Origin: Octopus bimaculoides
Lineage: Eukaryota
Assembly: GCF_001194135.2 (NCBI RefSeq)
Contig: NC_068983.1
Coordinates: 56,203,098-56,267,097 of the forward strand
Reading direction: 5' to 3'
DNA length: 64,000 nt
The notes below the pieces were generated by a model. The model was not told where the DNA came from. It did not search any database and saw nothing but the letters and a program-made list of their open reading frames with translations. How positions within the stretch are numbered: the stretch's first letter is position 1; the number at the start of each line of letters is the position of its first letter. Positions 12,998 through 26,159 of the stretch are shown piece by piece. Position numbers and translations under genes: made by a program.

Positions 12998-13479
12998 ATT
13001 CTTCTTATAAGTCACACTTATAAGAGCAAAGGCTTTCTGCACAGAAAGTCTGAAAAAAGCCCATCAAATCCCAGAGGTTGTTGTGTTAAGACAACAGGTA
13101 CAACTCGTGAATGGTTTAGCCTACATTACTCCTTAAGAAGCACAGGGCCGGTTCCCCGGATTCTTTGGCGTATACACACACACACACACACACACACANN
13201 NNNNNNNNNNNNNNNNNNNNNNNNNNNNNNNNNNNNNNNNNNNNNNNNNNNNNNNNNNNNNNNNNNNNNNNNNNNNNNNNNNNNNNNNNNNNNNNNNNNN
13301 NNNNNNNNNNNNNNNNNNNNNNNNNNNNNNNNNNNNNNNNNNNNNNNNNNNNNNNNNNNNNNNNNNNNNNNNNNNNNNNNNNNNNNNNNNNNNNNNNNNN
13401 NNNNNNNNNNNNNNNNNNNNNNNNNNNNNNNNNNNNNNNNNNNNNNNTATATATATATATATATTCCTCCCTTGACGTG

Positions 13480-13640
13480 CGCGAAATGTTTTGGGCCACG
13501 AGAGTTCCGGACGCCAGTGATGTACTCATTTGCATACAGCTAGTCAGAGCTCACCTTGACCTTGTTGCCAAGTTAACAAACACACTCTACCAAGTAAACT
13601 CAAGACGAGGAACAGTGTTGCAAGTCGACCAATCGCCAAG
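13480..13640 (+). mobile_element. Eroded CR1/L2-type LINE fragment
   Basis: IQLVRAHLDL resembles the LVRPHLEY motif of the CR1 RT C-terminus. Confidence 0.4.
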
Positions 13641-14059
13641 CTATGCCTGATTTTAAAAGGAGACAAGTATTTAGATAGATTTGAATCAATACCTATTATC
13701 GGATTTTGTTAAGGCCCCATATGGTAAAGATGTGAATAGGGAAATTGTGGGTAGAGGGTGATGTGCTAGCAACCCTCTCCTCTTACTACATTACAAAGTA
13801 AACAACAACACAAATAATTATGCAGAGGCAGCCATCGTTGAAACAAGAACAAGAACAACAAGCATTAAAAGAGAAAAGAAGCATGGTCATTTCTTACACA
13901 AGTGGCCTTGTCTTATCGCCCATCACTTGTTATGCGCTCATAAATTAGTTTGAGAGTTTAGCTCTGATTAGCTGTATGCAAATGAGTTCATAACTGGGGT
14001 CCGGAACTCATGTGGGAAAAACATTTCGCGAACGGGACAGCGGTCTGTCGCAGGATTAC

Positions 14060-14265
14060 TCATTTTGATATAAGGCCAACAATTTTAGGGGAAGAGGTAA
14101 GTCAATTACATCGATCTCACTGGTTTTTTTAATTTTATCGACCCTAAAAGATGAAATGCGAAGTCGGTCACAGCAGAATTTGAACTCAGAATGTGATGAG
14201 ACGGAAGGAATGTCACTAAGTATTTTATCCGATGCGCTAACGATTCAGCCAGGTTCTGCCACCAC
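14060..14265 (-). mobile_element. SINE-B monomer
   Basis: TTTATCGACCCTAAAAGATGAAATGCGAAGTCG...AATTTGAACTCAGAA. Confidence 0.8.
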
Positions 14266-15141
14266 GCAGTCTAATTATTCGTAGTAATACCGAAATCTCT
14301 ATATTTAAGGAAAATAATGCACTTTGTGTAGCAGTTACAGTAAATTTCTGGTGCTTTGCCTGATAACAGATCTCGTAGCTGCTAGAAACTAAGAAGAATG
14401 GTAAGTTTATTCCAATCAATGATAGGAGATGATTGAAAAGATTGTGCTGAACAACACAAGTCAGCAGTCAATGAATTTAACACTTGAGGGAGTAGTGGAC
14501 AATTGATCATTCGGTTCAAAAAGCTGCAGGACATATCAATGGAAGTAAGAGATGATGTGTGAAATGTTTCACAATCATTAAGATATGAGTATTGCTATAG
14601 CTTTGTACCAATTTCAAGTGGTAAAGAAGGGAAGAAACAATTCTATATATATTATCTTCCTAAACGTGGTTTTCTCGTCCGTCTCTTCCCAACAATTCAC
14701 TTTCACAGATTTATCTTTATCGAAAATCCTGTTTCGTTATCGTCCATTTTATCGTTTTGATGTGTTTTAGTTTTCCCTTTTGTCAGTTGTTAATTTTATT
14801 GTGAATTGTGAGACACACCGAGTTGAATGTGAAGGTACACTTCTCTCTTTCTCTCTCTTTCCCTTTCTCTCCATCTCTCTTTCCCCCGTCTCCTTCTACA
14901 CACTCACATGGGAGGAAGAAGAATATATCACACGCACACATACACACAAGTAGACACACGTACATATATTCTTATATACTTTGATTCTTTTACTTGTTTT
15001 TGTTATGCTGAAGCACGGCCACGATTTTAATCGACCAAGTCGACCCTCATTTTATTTTGAGTCTCATTCTTATTCTGTCGATTTCTTTTTGCCAACCGTT
15101 AACTGGGTTATAAACAGACCTACACTATCAGGTGGGGAACG

Positions 15142-15194
<53 letters not shown>

Positions 15195-15204
15195 TTTACA
15201 TATA

Positions 15205-15595
15205 CGAAGGGGGTGCTGTAAATTTCCTGGCTTTAAGGGTGTTGTGTCGACGCTCCCAAGCGAAGAAGTAGGCTCGAACAAGACATATAAATAGAGGTAG
15301 TCTGACCGTGGTAGGAGTTGGACTGACGGTCGACTCACAGTTGAGTAGCTGCCGAGGAGGAGTCGAGCAAAGATCATGCGAAGGTGCGAGATAGCAGACA
15401 TAACAAAGGGTATCACGAAAAGCCTGGCTGGAGGTCCAAACTTCCGAGTTCTTTTACTGGGCTTAGAAAAACTGAAGGACCGCTGCAATAAGTGTGTGAA
15501 TCTGAGAAGAGAATATGCTGAATAAAGTCATAATTAACTGATCCTTGAATGTGTTTTTTTACCCAAAGCCAGGAACTTTTCGGCACTTACTCACA
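15205..15595 (+). mobile_element. Internally deleted mariner (MITE-like)
   Basis: TIRs TA-CGAAGGGGGTGCTGTAAATTTCCTGGCTTT and AAAGCCAGGAACTTTTCGGCAC; C-terminal remnant LEKLKDRCNKCVNLRREYAE*. Confidence 0.8.
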
Positions 15596-17039
15596 TACAT
15601 ATATGTAAAGATGCATGTATATACATATGTAAAATATGAAAATACACAAACACACTCAAACATGTATGTATGCATGTAGGCACGTATGTATGTATGTATG
15701 TTTGCATGTATGTATGTATGTATGTATGTATGTATGTATGTATGTATGTATGCATGCCTGCATAGCACTTAACTGTCGGTCCATAAGTCTCTAATGTATC
15801 TATACAGTTAGATAAATAAACAAACGTTATCTAATGACATCCATTAGCTTACAATTGTTCCTGCTATATGTATGCACGAATAGCCGACTGTTCATGCGAT
15901 ATCTTATAGTTTTACTCGGAAACTAAAAGATATCGCATGTTACAGAAAGCATTTGAATACATAAAATTGGGTACGAACAGANNNNNNNNNNNNNNNNNNN
16001 NNNNNNNNNNNNNNNNNNNNNNNNNNNNNNNNNNNNNNNNNNNNNNNNNNNNNNNNNNNNNNNNNNNNNNNNNNNNNNNNNNNNNNNNNNNNNNNNNNNN
16101 NNNNNNNNNNNNNNNNNNNNNNNNNNNNNNNNNNNNNNNNNNNNNNNNNNNNNNNNNNNNNNNNNNNNNNNNNNNNNNNNNNNNNNNNNNNNNNNNNNNN
16201 NNNNNNNNNNNNNNNNNNNNNNNNNNNNNNNNNNNNNNNNNNNNNNNNNNNNNNNNNNNNNNNNNNNNNNNNNNNNNNNNNNNNNNNNNNNNNNNNNNNN
16301 NNNNNNNNNNNNNNNNNNNNNNNNNNNNNNNNNNNNNNNNNNNNNNNNNNNNNNNNNNNNNNNNNNNNNNNNNNNNNNNNNNNNNNNNNNNNNNNNNNNN
16401 NNNNNNNNNNNNNNNNNNNNNNNNNNNNNNNNNNNNNNNNNNNNNNNNNNNNNNNNNNNNNNNNNNNNNNTTCTTGTTCACCTCTGCGGTGATTCATTTC
16501 GCCTGGCTTTGAAGTATACAGTGTTTCCCTGGACGAACTCCCGCAGCCGAAAAGTACTTTATTCAAAACCCAAACATTAAAGTAACAACTACGTGTGTAT
16601 ATAAACAAACTTACATTTGACTTTTGATTTTTTCAGAAGCCTCCAATGTGTATCGTAAGATGCCGATAAGTGATATTTTCGAACGCAGTATGGCCGTTAA
16701 AACAGCAGAAAAATTGTCACGGCTGTCTGTTGACAGCTTTTCCGCCTTGTAAGGGTACTAATACCCAATTTTTCTGCTGTTTGAACGACAATACTGCGCT
16801 TCAAACATTAAATATTCGGCGTTATCAACGTTCACGCACACGCGTGCGCACACACGCACACACAATATTTCGAAAGATCCATACTAATAAATTCTACAAA
16901 AACACTTGCTTTGCTTAATATATTGTTGCTGCTTCAGTGGCCTCATAGGTAGAGGTGTTTAGAAGTTGTACTATGGCACAGAGGTGGAGGTTTCAAATCT
17001 GTGCTAGGTATTATAGTGGGTCTTATTTAACATTTTATA

Positions 17040-17451
17040 GGCGCAGGAGTGGCTGTGTGGTAAGTAGCTTGCTTACCAACCACATGGTTCCGGGTTCAGT
17101 CCCACTGCGTGGCACCTTGGGCAAGTGTCTTCTACTATAGCCTCGGACCGACCAAAGCCTTGTGAGTGGATTTGGTAGACGGAAACTGAAAGAAGCCCGT
17201 CGTATATATGTATATATATATATGTATGTGTGTATATGTTGTGTATCTGTGTGTGTCCCCCCAACATCGCTTGACAACCGATGCTGGTGTGTTTAGGTCT
17301 CCGTAACTTAGCGGTTCGGCAAAAAGAGACCGATAGAATAAGTACTAGGCTTACAAAGAATAAGTCCTGGGGTCGATTTGATTCGACTAAAGGTGGTGCT
17401 CCAGCATGGCCGCAGTCAAATGACTGAAACAAGTAAAAGAATAAAAGAATA
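17040..17451 (+). mobile_element. SINE-A, full length (reference copy)
   Basis: A box TGGCTGTGTGG, B box GGTTCAGTCCC, CORE-like CCTTGGGCAAGTGTCTT, internal (TA)(TG) tract, tail AAGTAAAAGAATAAAAGAAT. Confidence 0.95.
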
Positions 17452-17634
17452 TATTTTTACCTAGAAAATACTTGTTACGACACCAACTTTTGGCATTGTC
17501 AATGAGCGTATGCTTCAAATACTTCGCATCTTCAACAGACTTAACTGCTGATACACTTCTGTAACGAGCTTGTGAACTAATCGCGTTGTAATATTGTGTT
17601 TATTCGTTTATTTCTGGTGCGTTTTGTTATTATT

Positions 17635-17785
17635 TTCTCCTCTAGGCGCAAGGCCCGAAATTTTGGAGGGAGTAGGGCTAGTTGATTAGATCGACCCCTG
17701 TACGCAACTAATACTTAATTTATCTACCCCGAAATGATGAAAGTCAAAGTCGACCTCGGCGGAATTTGAATTCAGAACGTAAGAG
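17635..17785 (-). mobile_element. SINE-B 3' part
   Basis: CTAGGCGCAAGGCCCGAAATTTTGG...GTCGACCTCGGCGGAATTTGAATTCAGAACG. Confidence 0.85.
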
Positions 17786-18059
17786 TCAGTTTGTGTACGC
17801 GCATGTGTTTATGTTTGTTTGTTTGTTTTGTGTGTGCGTGTGTGTTTGACTTTAGTTTGGTTTATGCTTATTATATTCTCAATCTTGCATTACTGTGACG
17901 ATGGGTTAAGAGGTTAGTGACGTTGCACCACACATTCTTTATACTAATTGTCGTTGGAATCTTCTTGTATATATTTCTGTTATATTTCGTAAGTTTGGTG
18001 TTTTAAAGGTGTCTTGAAATAATATGTATTTCAACATTTTTTCATCTTTTTGTGACAAG

Positions 18060-18230
18060 TTGGCAAGAGTCTGTATACTTGCTTCCTTATATTATATTCT
18101 CGCCAGTAGGCTTCAATTCTTTCACGTAAACTGCTTGTCGTTTCTCAGAGATGTGTTATGATAGTATTCCAACATTGTCTCTTAATGCATCTCATACAAT
18201 ACACAATGATATTTCTAGTGTTGGAGTTTT
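18060..18230 (-). mobile_element. Eroded Penelope-like GIY-YIG remnant
   Basis: Minus-strand frame SNTRNIIVYCMRCIKRQCWNTIITHL*ETTSSLRERI matches the N.VY...C....C...YIGET...L..R pattern. Confidence 0.45.
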
Positions 18231-18755
18231 AGTTTTATTCATTGCTTGATATAACAGTTGAAATAACCAAAAGTTCTCCGAGAGTTTTAACTCCAACATA
18301 TTTAATGCTAAGACAGTAAATAAATCAGCTGTAACTTGCGACCCCTATCAAGGGGTTCATATTTACGCTCAAGACATGTGTAAACAATCTTAATTAGAAA
18401 TTGGAAACCTTTGAAGGAGGTTAGATATAAAGTACAACTTTAAAAATAACAACACAAAATCGTGTTCATTACTTCAAATCTCAAGTCTCTTGGGCCTTGC
18501 GAAGGCTATGGGCACAAAATCTTCTTCCAGACCAAATCACTAAAAATATATATGTGTAAACTTTTGACTGTGTGACATATTATGCCGATATATGATGTGT
18601 TTGTTTTTATTGTTACAGTTAATATTGTTACACTTGGATGTGTCATGAAGAGACTGACTTGTGTCTACTCCAATCTGGATGTTTAATAAACGATAAACTA
18701 CAATAATTTTCCACAACTTGAAGCAAATGAAATATTTAATTCTTCGATATCGCAC

Positions 18756-18990
18756 CTCTTTTACTTGTTTCAGTCTTCTAGCGTATCTCTTTGAAGAATT
18801 TTAGTCGAACAAATTAACCCCAGCCATTTTTAAAAACCTGGTGCATGTTCTATCGGTCTTTTTTGCCGAACCTTTAAGTTACGGAGACTTCAACACACGA
18901 AACACCATTTTCAAGCGGTGGGCGAAGGATCATACACAAACACAAATACATACAGAGATATCTACACACACACACATACACACACACGTG

Positions 18991-19048
<58 letters not shown>

Positions 19049-19226
19049 CATATATATATAGGTTGGTTTCATCCTGTTCTCATCAACCAAATCCACTCCC
19101 AAGGCTTTGGTTGCCCTGAGTCTATAGTAGAAGACTCTTGCTCTCAAGGAACCACGCAGTGGCACTGAACTCGGAGCCATGTGGTTGAGAAGCAAACTTT
19201 TTACCACACAGCCACGCCTTCGCCTA
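18756..19226 (-). mobile_element. SINE-A, diverged
   Basis: Both halves present; internal (CA)(CT)(TA) tract. Confidence 0.85.
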
Positions 19227-20189
19227 TAACTACATGGGAACTGTTTACAATCAAGTGGACTAAACCGTTGGAAAAATTGTCCCTTTCTCCTGGACATAAC
19301 AAAATTCCAGTTACAAGCAAAGAATCATTGGCTTTAGAAATGGTCAGCAGCTTCCTGCACATTCTGTCTTTGATAAATAGCAAAATCTAATTCAAGTTTC
19401 GTGATCTGATGCTTGGTTCCTCACGTTCACCAAGCCGCAGACACAGACAATCCCATTAGTTGCAAATATTTGTTTTCATCTAAAAATCCTAATCCGGTGA
19501 CAAACACGTTGTAATTTGGTCTTGCTTTTACTGTACTGTTTGTTCTGTTTGTGAAATGTAATTAAAAGCCAAACTGAAATGCCTGCTAGAAGTGATTAAG
19601 TTATTTAAGCAACAGTCAAGTCAGTGCAGCTGTGAATTACAACGACAAACAAAACTTGTCTTTATTTCACATTCACTAATATATTTGTGATGCTGTTATT
19701 ATTGGTATTTACTCGCACGTCAGCCCTGATCGAGCAAACCTATAACGAAAGGCATTACAGCTGTAGCTATCACGTTTTATTTTCAGGCATAGTGTATCAT
19801 GGAATACATTATTCAATGTATGTTCTAATTTGTAAATCTCTAAGATGACGAGGTTTTTCTATGAGTATCACTTCGCTGATGTTTCTTACAAGCTCAGGGA
19901 CTACGCAGTGGTTCCCTTGTTTGTTTGTCTTTAGTGTAACATAGTACAAGGTTAATGTTTCTTGCAGAAAAAAATGTAGCCCGTGGAATCTATCCCTCAT
20001 AATGCAGCAGATATTATTTTATTGGTTCTGAGGAAAGATGTAGTGCAAAGTTCGCAATAATAAGATTCAATCACCGAACAAAATAATAAAGTACGAATAC
20101 CCAGGTTGAGTAGATAATGGACCGCTGACCAAAAAGTGAGCCATTTGCTCTTCCTGGAACCAACTCTCAGTCACATAACACATCTTCTA

Positions 20190-20565
20190 GTTTTTACTTT
20201 TTTCAGTCATTAGACAGCGACCATGCTTGAAGAATAGAATTTTATTCGAATGAATCGATCGCAGTACTTATATCTTTAGCCCTGGTATTATTTTATCGTT
20301 CTCTTAAGCAAAATCGCTAAGTTATTGAAACGTAAACACAGCAACACCGGTTGTCAAATAGTAGTGGTGGGCAAACACAGACACTAAGGCACACACACGA
20401 CAAGCTTCTTTCAGCTTCCGTCTACCACGCCCACCCACAAAGCTTTGGTCGGCCCAAGGCTATAGTAGAAGACGCTTGCCCAAGATGGCACGCTGCGGGA
20501 CTGAACTCGGAACCATGTGATTGGGAAGCAAGCTTCCGACAACACAACCACGCCTTTGCCTATAC
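20190..20565 (-). mobile_element. SINE-A, diverged
   Basis: Both halves recognisable. Confidence 0.8.
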
Positions 20566-20707
20566 AAACAATATTAGTTAAATCAATAACACTGTGTAAC
20601 ACGAATTTTGTCCTTCGATAGCAACTGCTATTTCTTATTTGCTTATCCTTAGAAAGTATGAAAAATAGCTAATATGTCCTTCAAACTTTGTTTTTGTTAC
20701 ATTTATT

Positions 20708-20937
20708 TTTATTTCTTTATTGCCCGCAAGGAGCTAAACATAGAGGGGACAAACAAGGACAGACAAAGGGATTAAGTCGATTACATCGACTCCAGTGCGT
20801 AACTGATATTTAATTTATCGACCCCGAAAGGATGAAAGGCAAAATCTACCTCGGCAGAATTTGAACTCAGAACGTAACGGCAGACGAAATACCACTAAGC
20901 ATTTCACCCGGCATCCTAATGATTTTACCGGCTCATG
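20708..20937 (-). mobile_element. SINE-B long-tail monomer (equals the left unit of the dimer)
   Basis: Ends in the same linker sequence that joins the two units of the dimer. Confidence 0.85.
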
Positions 20938-21460
20938 TTTATTAAGACCCCAAATAATCCATGTCTATGATGCTCCTCCACTACCCCTACTACTGATCAG
21001 AGACACACATATTGTCGAGCAGAATATTTGCTATAACTATATTCCCGCTTCAGCAACTCAGCGTTGAATCTGTCTGAAATGTAATGAAAAATATATTCTT
21101 ATATCCATTTACTTGCTTCAATCATTTGATTGCGGCCACGTTGGAGCACCGCCTTTAAATTTTATATACCTCCGACGGGAGGTAAGTGAGAGAGGCCAAA
21201 TCGGCGAAGCAGGAACGGACTTCAAATAAAGAATCAAGGGATCCTGTTAAACACAGACCATAGTAGCTAAAGCCTATGTAGTATAATAGTGTCAGTATGA
21301 GAAGTACACGTAAGCTTATGCTATCGTAATACAACAGTAATACAAAAACCTTGGGGTGTCTTTAGTAAATTAGAAGAGATACACCAAGGGAAAATGAAAG
21401 ATGCTAAATCGGTTTAGAAGGAACAGACTATATATATATATATTGATGTATAGAACTATG

Positions 21461-21763
21461 GTGGAGGCGCAATGGCCCAGTGGTTAGGGCAGTGGACTCG
21501 TGGTCGTAGGATCGCGGTTTCGATTCTCAGACCGGGCGTTGTGAGTGTTTATTGAGCGAAAACACCCAAAGTTCCACGTTGCTCCGGCAGGGGATGGTGG
21601 CCTTGTCACACTCTGTGTCACGCTGAATATCCCTGAGAACTACGTTAAGGGTACACGTGTCTGTGGAGTGCTCAGCCACTTGCACGTTAATCTCACGAGC
21701 AGGCTGTTCCGTTGATCGGATCAACTGGAACCCTCGTCGTCGTCACCGACATAGTGCCAACAA
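21461..21763 (+). mobile_element. SINE-C with internal deletion
   Basis: Head and tail intact; the pyrimidine-rich middle segment is missing. Confidence 0.9.
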
Positions 21764-22399
21764 TAAAACTATGATTTTAAATAACATCCAGTAAGAGTTT
21801 CCGCCTACCAAAGTTACTCACAAGCCTTTGGTCGGCGTGGGATAATAGCATTAAAATATACTTTGTCCAAGTGCCACGCAGCAAAACTGGAACACCAGAA
21901 CTATATGCTTACTAAGCGAGCTTCTTATTCACGGAAAAATATCCAAACTTAACAAAAGCTGTGAGAGAATTGCTCTAACAATGATTACAGAGATCCTAAT
22001 ACAACTGTTTATCTAGAACATTCATATATCTATCCTTACTGGTAATTTGTCAATGTCCTTACTGAACGTGTTGTGTATCTCTCCAGTTAGACTAATTGCA
22101 AATGAGATTAATGATACATTCCCTTAACTGTAATTATGATTTTAATTCAACGGCAAGGTCGATGTAGTTTTTTTAGTAATTGGCATTGTTACATCGATAA
22201 TTAATTCGCCATTGTCATTTTTGTCTGAATGACGTCAAGATTATTCTGTGTTACCTAATGGTAACGCAGAAGTTTTTATCTCCACATGTGAACCAATTGT
22301 TCAAACGCATTTTGCTTTGCTATTGATTTCACCTTCTTTGCAACTACAGTTGCTGCACTTCCCTCATGTTGTTAAACCTGCATAAACTCACTTGAAAAT

Positions 22400-24040
22400 T
22401 TTTTGCTCTCCTTCATAACAGAATGAAGCTTCTTACGTCTTTTATGGTTTTCAACGAACTTTAGCATCCAATCGTTAGATGTTTCAAGATATTTTGCCAA
22501 TCCAATTGAGGTGGGTTTCTGGGAGATTTCAAATTGGATCAAGCCTCAACCTCCTTGAGCTTTAGGTAGGTGAGGACGATATCTGCGTCTACCTTAGGGT
22601 GGTGCATCTTATTGCAAGTCAGCAGCTTATGGATTTTCCCGTCAATCTTCCTTATTTCTTACATATTCCAGTTCAACACATTGAAACTGTAAATAACAAC
22701 CGGAACCGCTAAGGAATTCATAGCTAACACCTTGTTACGTGCATTTAACTCGGATTTTAGAACTGTACGAACTCACCTGTAACACTTCTTCCTGATCTTC
22801 TCTTTCATACTCGCATGTTGAATGCCAGAACCTTCATTTATTCCGAGGTATTTTTCAGTTTGTTCCTGCTCGAGTTTTTTTTTATGACTGAGTCAACATC
22901 CAACACCGCTGAAAGTGAGGTCTTCAGTTTCCCTTTCTGGAAAGTGGCCTTGGCATAATTTATCAAGACCAAATTCCATCCCAGTGTCATCACTGAATGC
23001 TTTCACAGTACGTAATAGTCCTTCAAGTTCATTATCATCTCTGCCGTAGAGTTTTGAGTCATCCATATAAAATAGATAACTTATTTTCTTGTCGCCAATT
23101 TTATATCCATACCCTGTTCTGTTAAGTTCACTTGTAAGGGGTATTAGGGCTATGCAGAAAATTAAAGATGAAAGTGAGTCACCTTGGAAAACATTGCAGT
23201 TGATATTAATATTTTTTGTGGTCAGTAGAGTGGTATAATTGGATATTCGTATTCCACATTGACATGTTGTGCTTCAGGAAGCTTGAAATCACAGGAGAAA
23301 TTTTTAAGATATCCAGCGATTTCAAGACCCATGAATGCGGTTTGCTATCAAAGGCCTTTTTATAATCAATTCATGCAGAACTGAGATTTCTGCGTTTGAT
23401 ATGACAGTTCTCAGGGATCATGCGATTGATTAAGAGTTGGCCTTTGCATTCATATGAGCCTCGTCGGCACCCCTTTTGTTCAGTGGGGAAAAATATCGTT
23501 CTGTTCCATAAATTTGTAAGTTTTCTCTACGAGGATGGATGTTAAAATTTTATACGTGGTAGGCAGACATGTTATGGGCCTATAGTTTTGGGAAAATTTA
23601 GTTTCATTATTGTTCGGGAGTGGGTAAGTAATACCTCTTGCTAACCAATCAGTTGTTTTTGTAGGATCTCTCATAATTTCATTGAACAACTAGACTAACT
23701 TTTCGTGTGTGCACACGGGAGCGAGGCAAACCAGAAATTTGGCGCCCTATCACCACCAGAAGTTTTCCACTTATAAGCCTTCATGAGTGTCATCCTTAGG
23801 TCTGCTATTGTGATGTCTTCCCATCCTTGTCCTGGTATATTTTAGTAGGATCCTTCAGTATGTCTAATCCAGTCTGCACTTTGATTGTAAGTCTTTTCAT
23901 TATATTTTTCCAGGTTTTATCTTCTTCCATGGCAGGGTTGGGGTTGGGGGGATCTTCAATGGTTATTTTTTCCTTCCCTATTTATTTGTAGAATGTTTTT
24001 GCATTGGATGTGAACAGCTTATTTTGCTTGTAAAATTTGT
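22400..24040 (-). pseudogene. R4/Dong-type LINE reverse transcriptase region, disrupted
   Basis: NKFYKQNKLF, NYRPITCLPTTYKILT, DYKKAFDS, FQGDSLSSLIF, LFYMDD, KYLGINE; several stops and frameshifts; 5' end abuts a (GAA)n tract. Confidence 0.92.
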
Positions 24041-24147
24041 TCCTCCTCCTCCTCCTCCTCCTTCGTCTTCTTCTTCTTCTTCTTCTTCTTCTTCTTCTTC
24101 TTCTTCTTCTTCTTCTTCTTCTTCTTCTTCTTCTTCTTCTTCTTCTT
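24041..24147. repeat. (CCT)n(TCT)n microsatellite
   Basis: Directly visible. Confidence 0.97.
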
Positions 24148-24324
24148 GTTATTATTATCTCATATACGCCATACATGCACAACAAATTAAACTGTTGGAA
24201 AAAAATTCCTTGAGTGGACTACAACAAGTAACCTTAGATGTCAAAAACTCTCTGAAATATTCTAGCAGTCCCTCATAACACTGTTTTCTGGAGCTGTTTC
24301 ATTGATTAAATGAATAAATAATCG

Positions 24325-24534
24325 TTCCTATCATGAGTGCGAGGACTGAAATTTTGGGGCAGGTGTCTCGTCGACTACATCGACTCCGGGGTTCGACTGG
24401 AACTTGTTTTATCGATCCTGAATGGATGAAAAGCAAAACCAACCTCAACAGAATTTGAACTAAGAACGAGAAGACGGATGAAACGCCTTTAAGAATTTTG
24501 TCCGACGTGCTAACGATTCTTACAGCTCATCACT

Positions 24535-24535
<1 letters not shown>
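24325..24535 (-). mobile_element. SINE-B monomer
   Basis: Core and head recognisable. Confidence 0.8.
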
Positions 24536-24566
<31 letters not shown>

Positions 24567-24679
24567 ATGAAAAAATGAATAATAACAGATAATGCAGAAA
24601 TGTTGGTCGTTATGCAAGGCTTTTCTATAGGAAATCTATGAAGGATTAATTTTATTATATATATTTTGGTCCATCTTTT

Positions 24680-25900
24680 ACATTTTCTTAAAGACAATTT
24701 GGCCCACAATTCCATATGACTCTTCTCGACATTCTTTTTTGTTTCTCTGGTAATCCATTAAGATTTCATACTTTGCTTGGTGTTCGATCACTCTATCTGA
24801 GAGTGTGGATGTCAATGTCCTGTATGTTACCGATAGACTGATTACGTTAAGGTTGATGGTTTGGAAGTTCTTGGAGATAATTGTTTTCTTATCTCTCAGC
24901 AACCAGTTTGCCATTATCTGTTATTGTTATAGCTATCTGCTGAAAGCCCCCTCGCAACGGCCCTGTGTGCACTTGTAAGATATTTTAGCCAATACTTAAA
25001 CACCATATCGATTATAGGGATTTTCCCTTTTCTACTATTTTTAATGCTGCGCTCATTTCTTCGGTCGATATATTTCGCAATCCTTGCATTTTATTCTCTA
25101 CCTTTGTTCAGCCTCTTGCATAAACTCTGCTGCTATTTTTGTTGTGGGTGACAGCAGTCCACAATATATCTATCCACTATTTCATTATTTTTAGCTTTGT
25201 TGCCGATGCTGTTATCTCTATGATTGACTTACTTAATCTTCTATAGAATGCTCTGAGCTTTCTTTCAAATAGTTCATTATGTTAAAGAAACATTTACGCT
25301 ATTCAAATCGCTTAATACTTTGTCTTTGCCGATATTTCTTATCTTAATCTCTTTTCTATTTCTGTGACTTACTCTTTTCTTTTGATGCTATATTTCCTAA
25401 ATTCCATTTTTATTTCTTTCCTTATTTTAACTATTTTAATTTTTGGGCATTTCTTTGTTTACTTAATTCAGCATTCTTAGACTTAGTTTTTTCTATTTTT
25501 GTCAGTGTTACTTTGGTTCATTCTTTAATCCACGTTGCAGTTTCGTATTTATCTCAATGTTCACTCCACCTTTTAACACTGTGTATATATATTTTTGATA
25601 TTAGGATTGCAACTAAACAAACAAATTGCTTTACTATATCATTGCTGGGGTTAATTTTTTTTCTTTCTGAAACCTCTCACAATACTCTGTTTTAATGGGA
25701 AATGCTTTCAACACAATCCTTTTGTTTAAGTATATTTCAATAGAGTCTTCTCTGTTATTCACATCTCATCTGATTTGTTTGTTATCTCATCTGATTTGTT
25801 TGTTATCTCATCTGATTTGTTTGTTATCTCATCTGTCATTATTTTCAAATCATTGTTACGAAGAGAAGTCTCTTCAGATTTATTGACTCAGTTTAGATTC
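24680..25900 (-). mobile_element. Old R4/Dong-type LINE fragment (pre-RT and RT start)
   Basis: WIDILWTAVTHNK, ISTEEMSAALK, YWLKYL, TYRTLTSTLSDR, KECREESYG correspond to Dong motifs; contains a 21-bp tandem repeat x3.5 at 25763-25835. Confidence 0.6.
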
Positions 25901-26159
25901 TCCAAATGCGTTTTTTTTTATTACCTGGGAGTCGTCAAAGTATCATACTTCTAAGGTTTGTTTCTGCTGTTTTTATTTGTCCAACCATATCCCACCGTTA
26001 TGAAGAAAACAAACGTCATGTAGGCAGATAGTCGAATGATAGTTTTTACTTCATTGATTCAGCATTTCAAGTTTAACATCCATCCATCTCGTTGATCATT
26101 TCACAGTGTTTCCTACATTCAAAGACATTGTGTCAATTGGGGAATATTACATTTTCATT

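Noticed and set aside
25763-25835. 21-bp unit repeated 3.5 times
   Set aside because: No spacers; a simple tandem slippage within a dead LINE, not CRISPR
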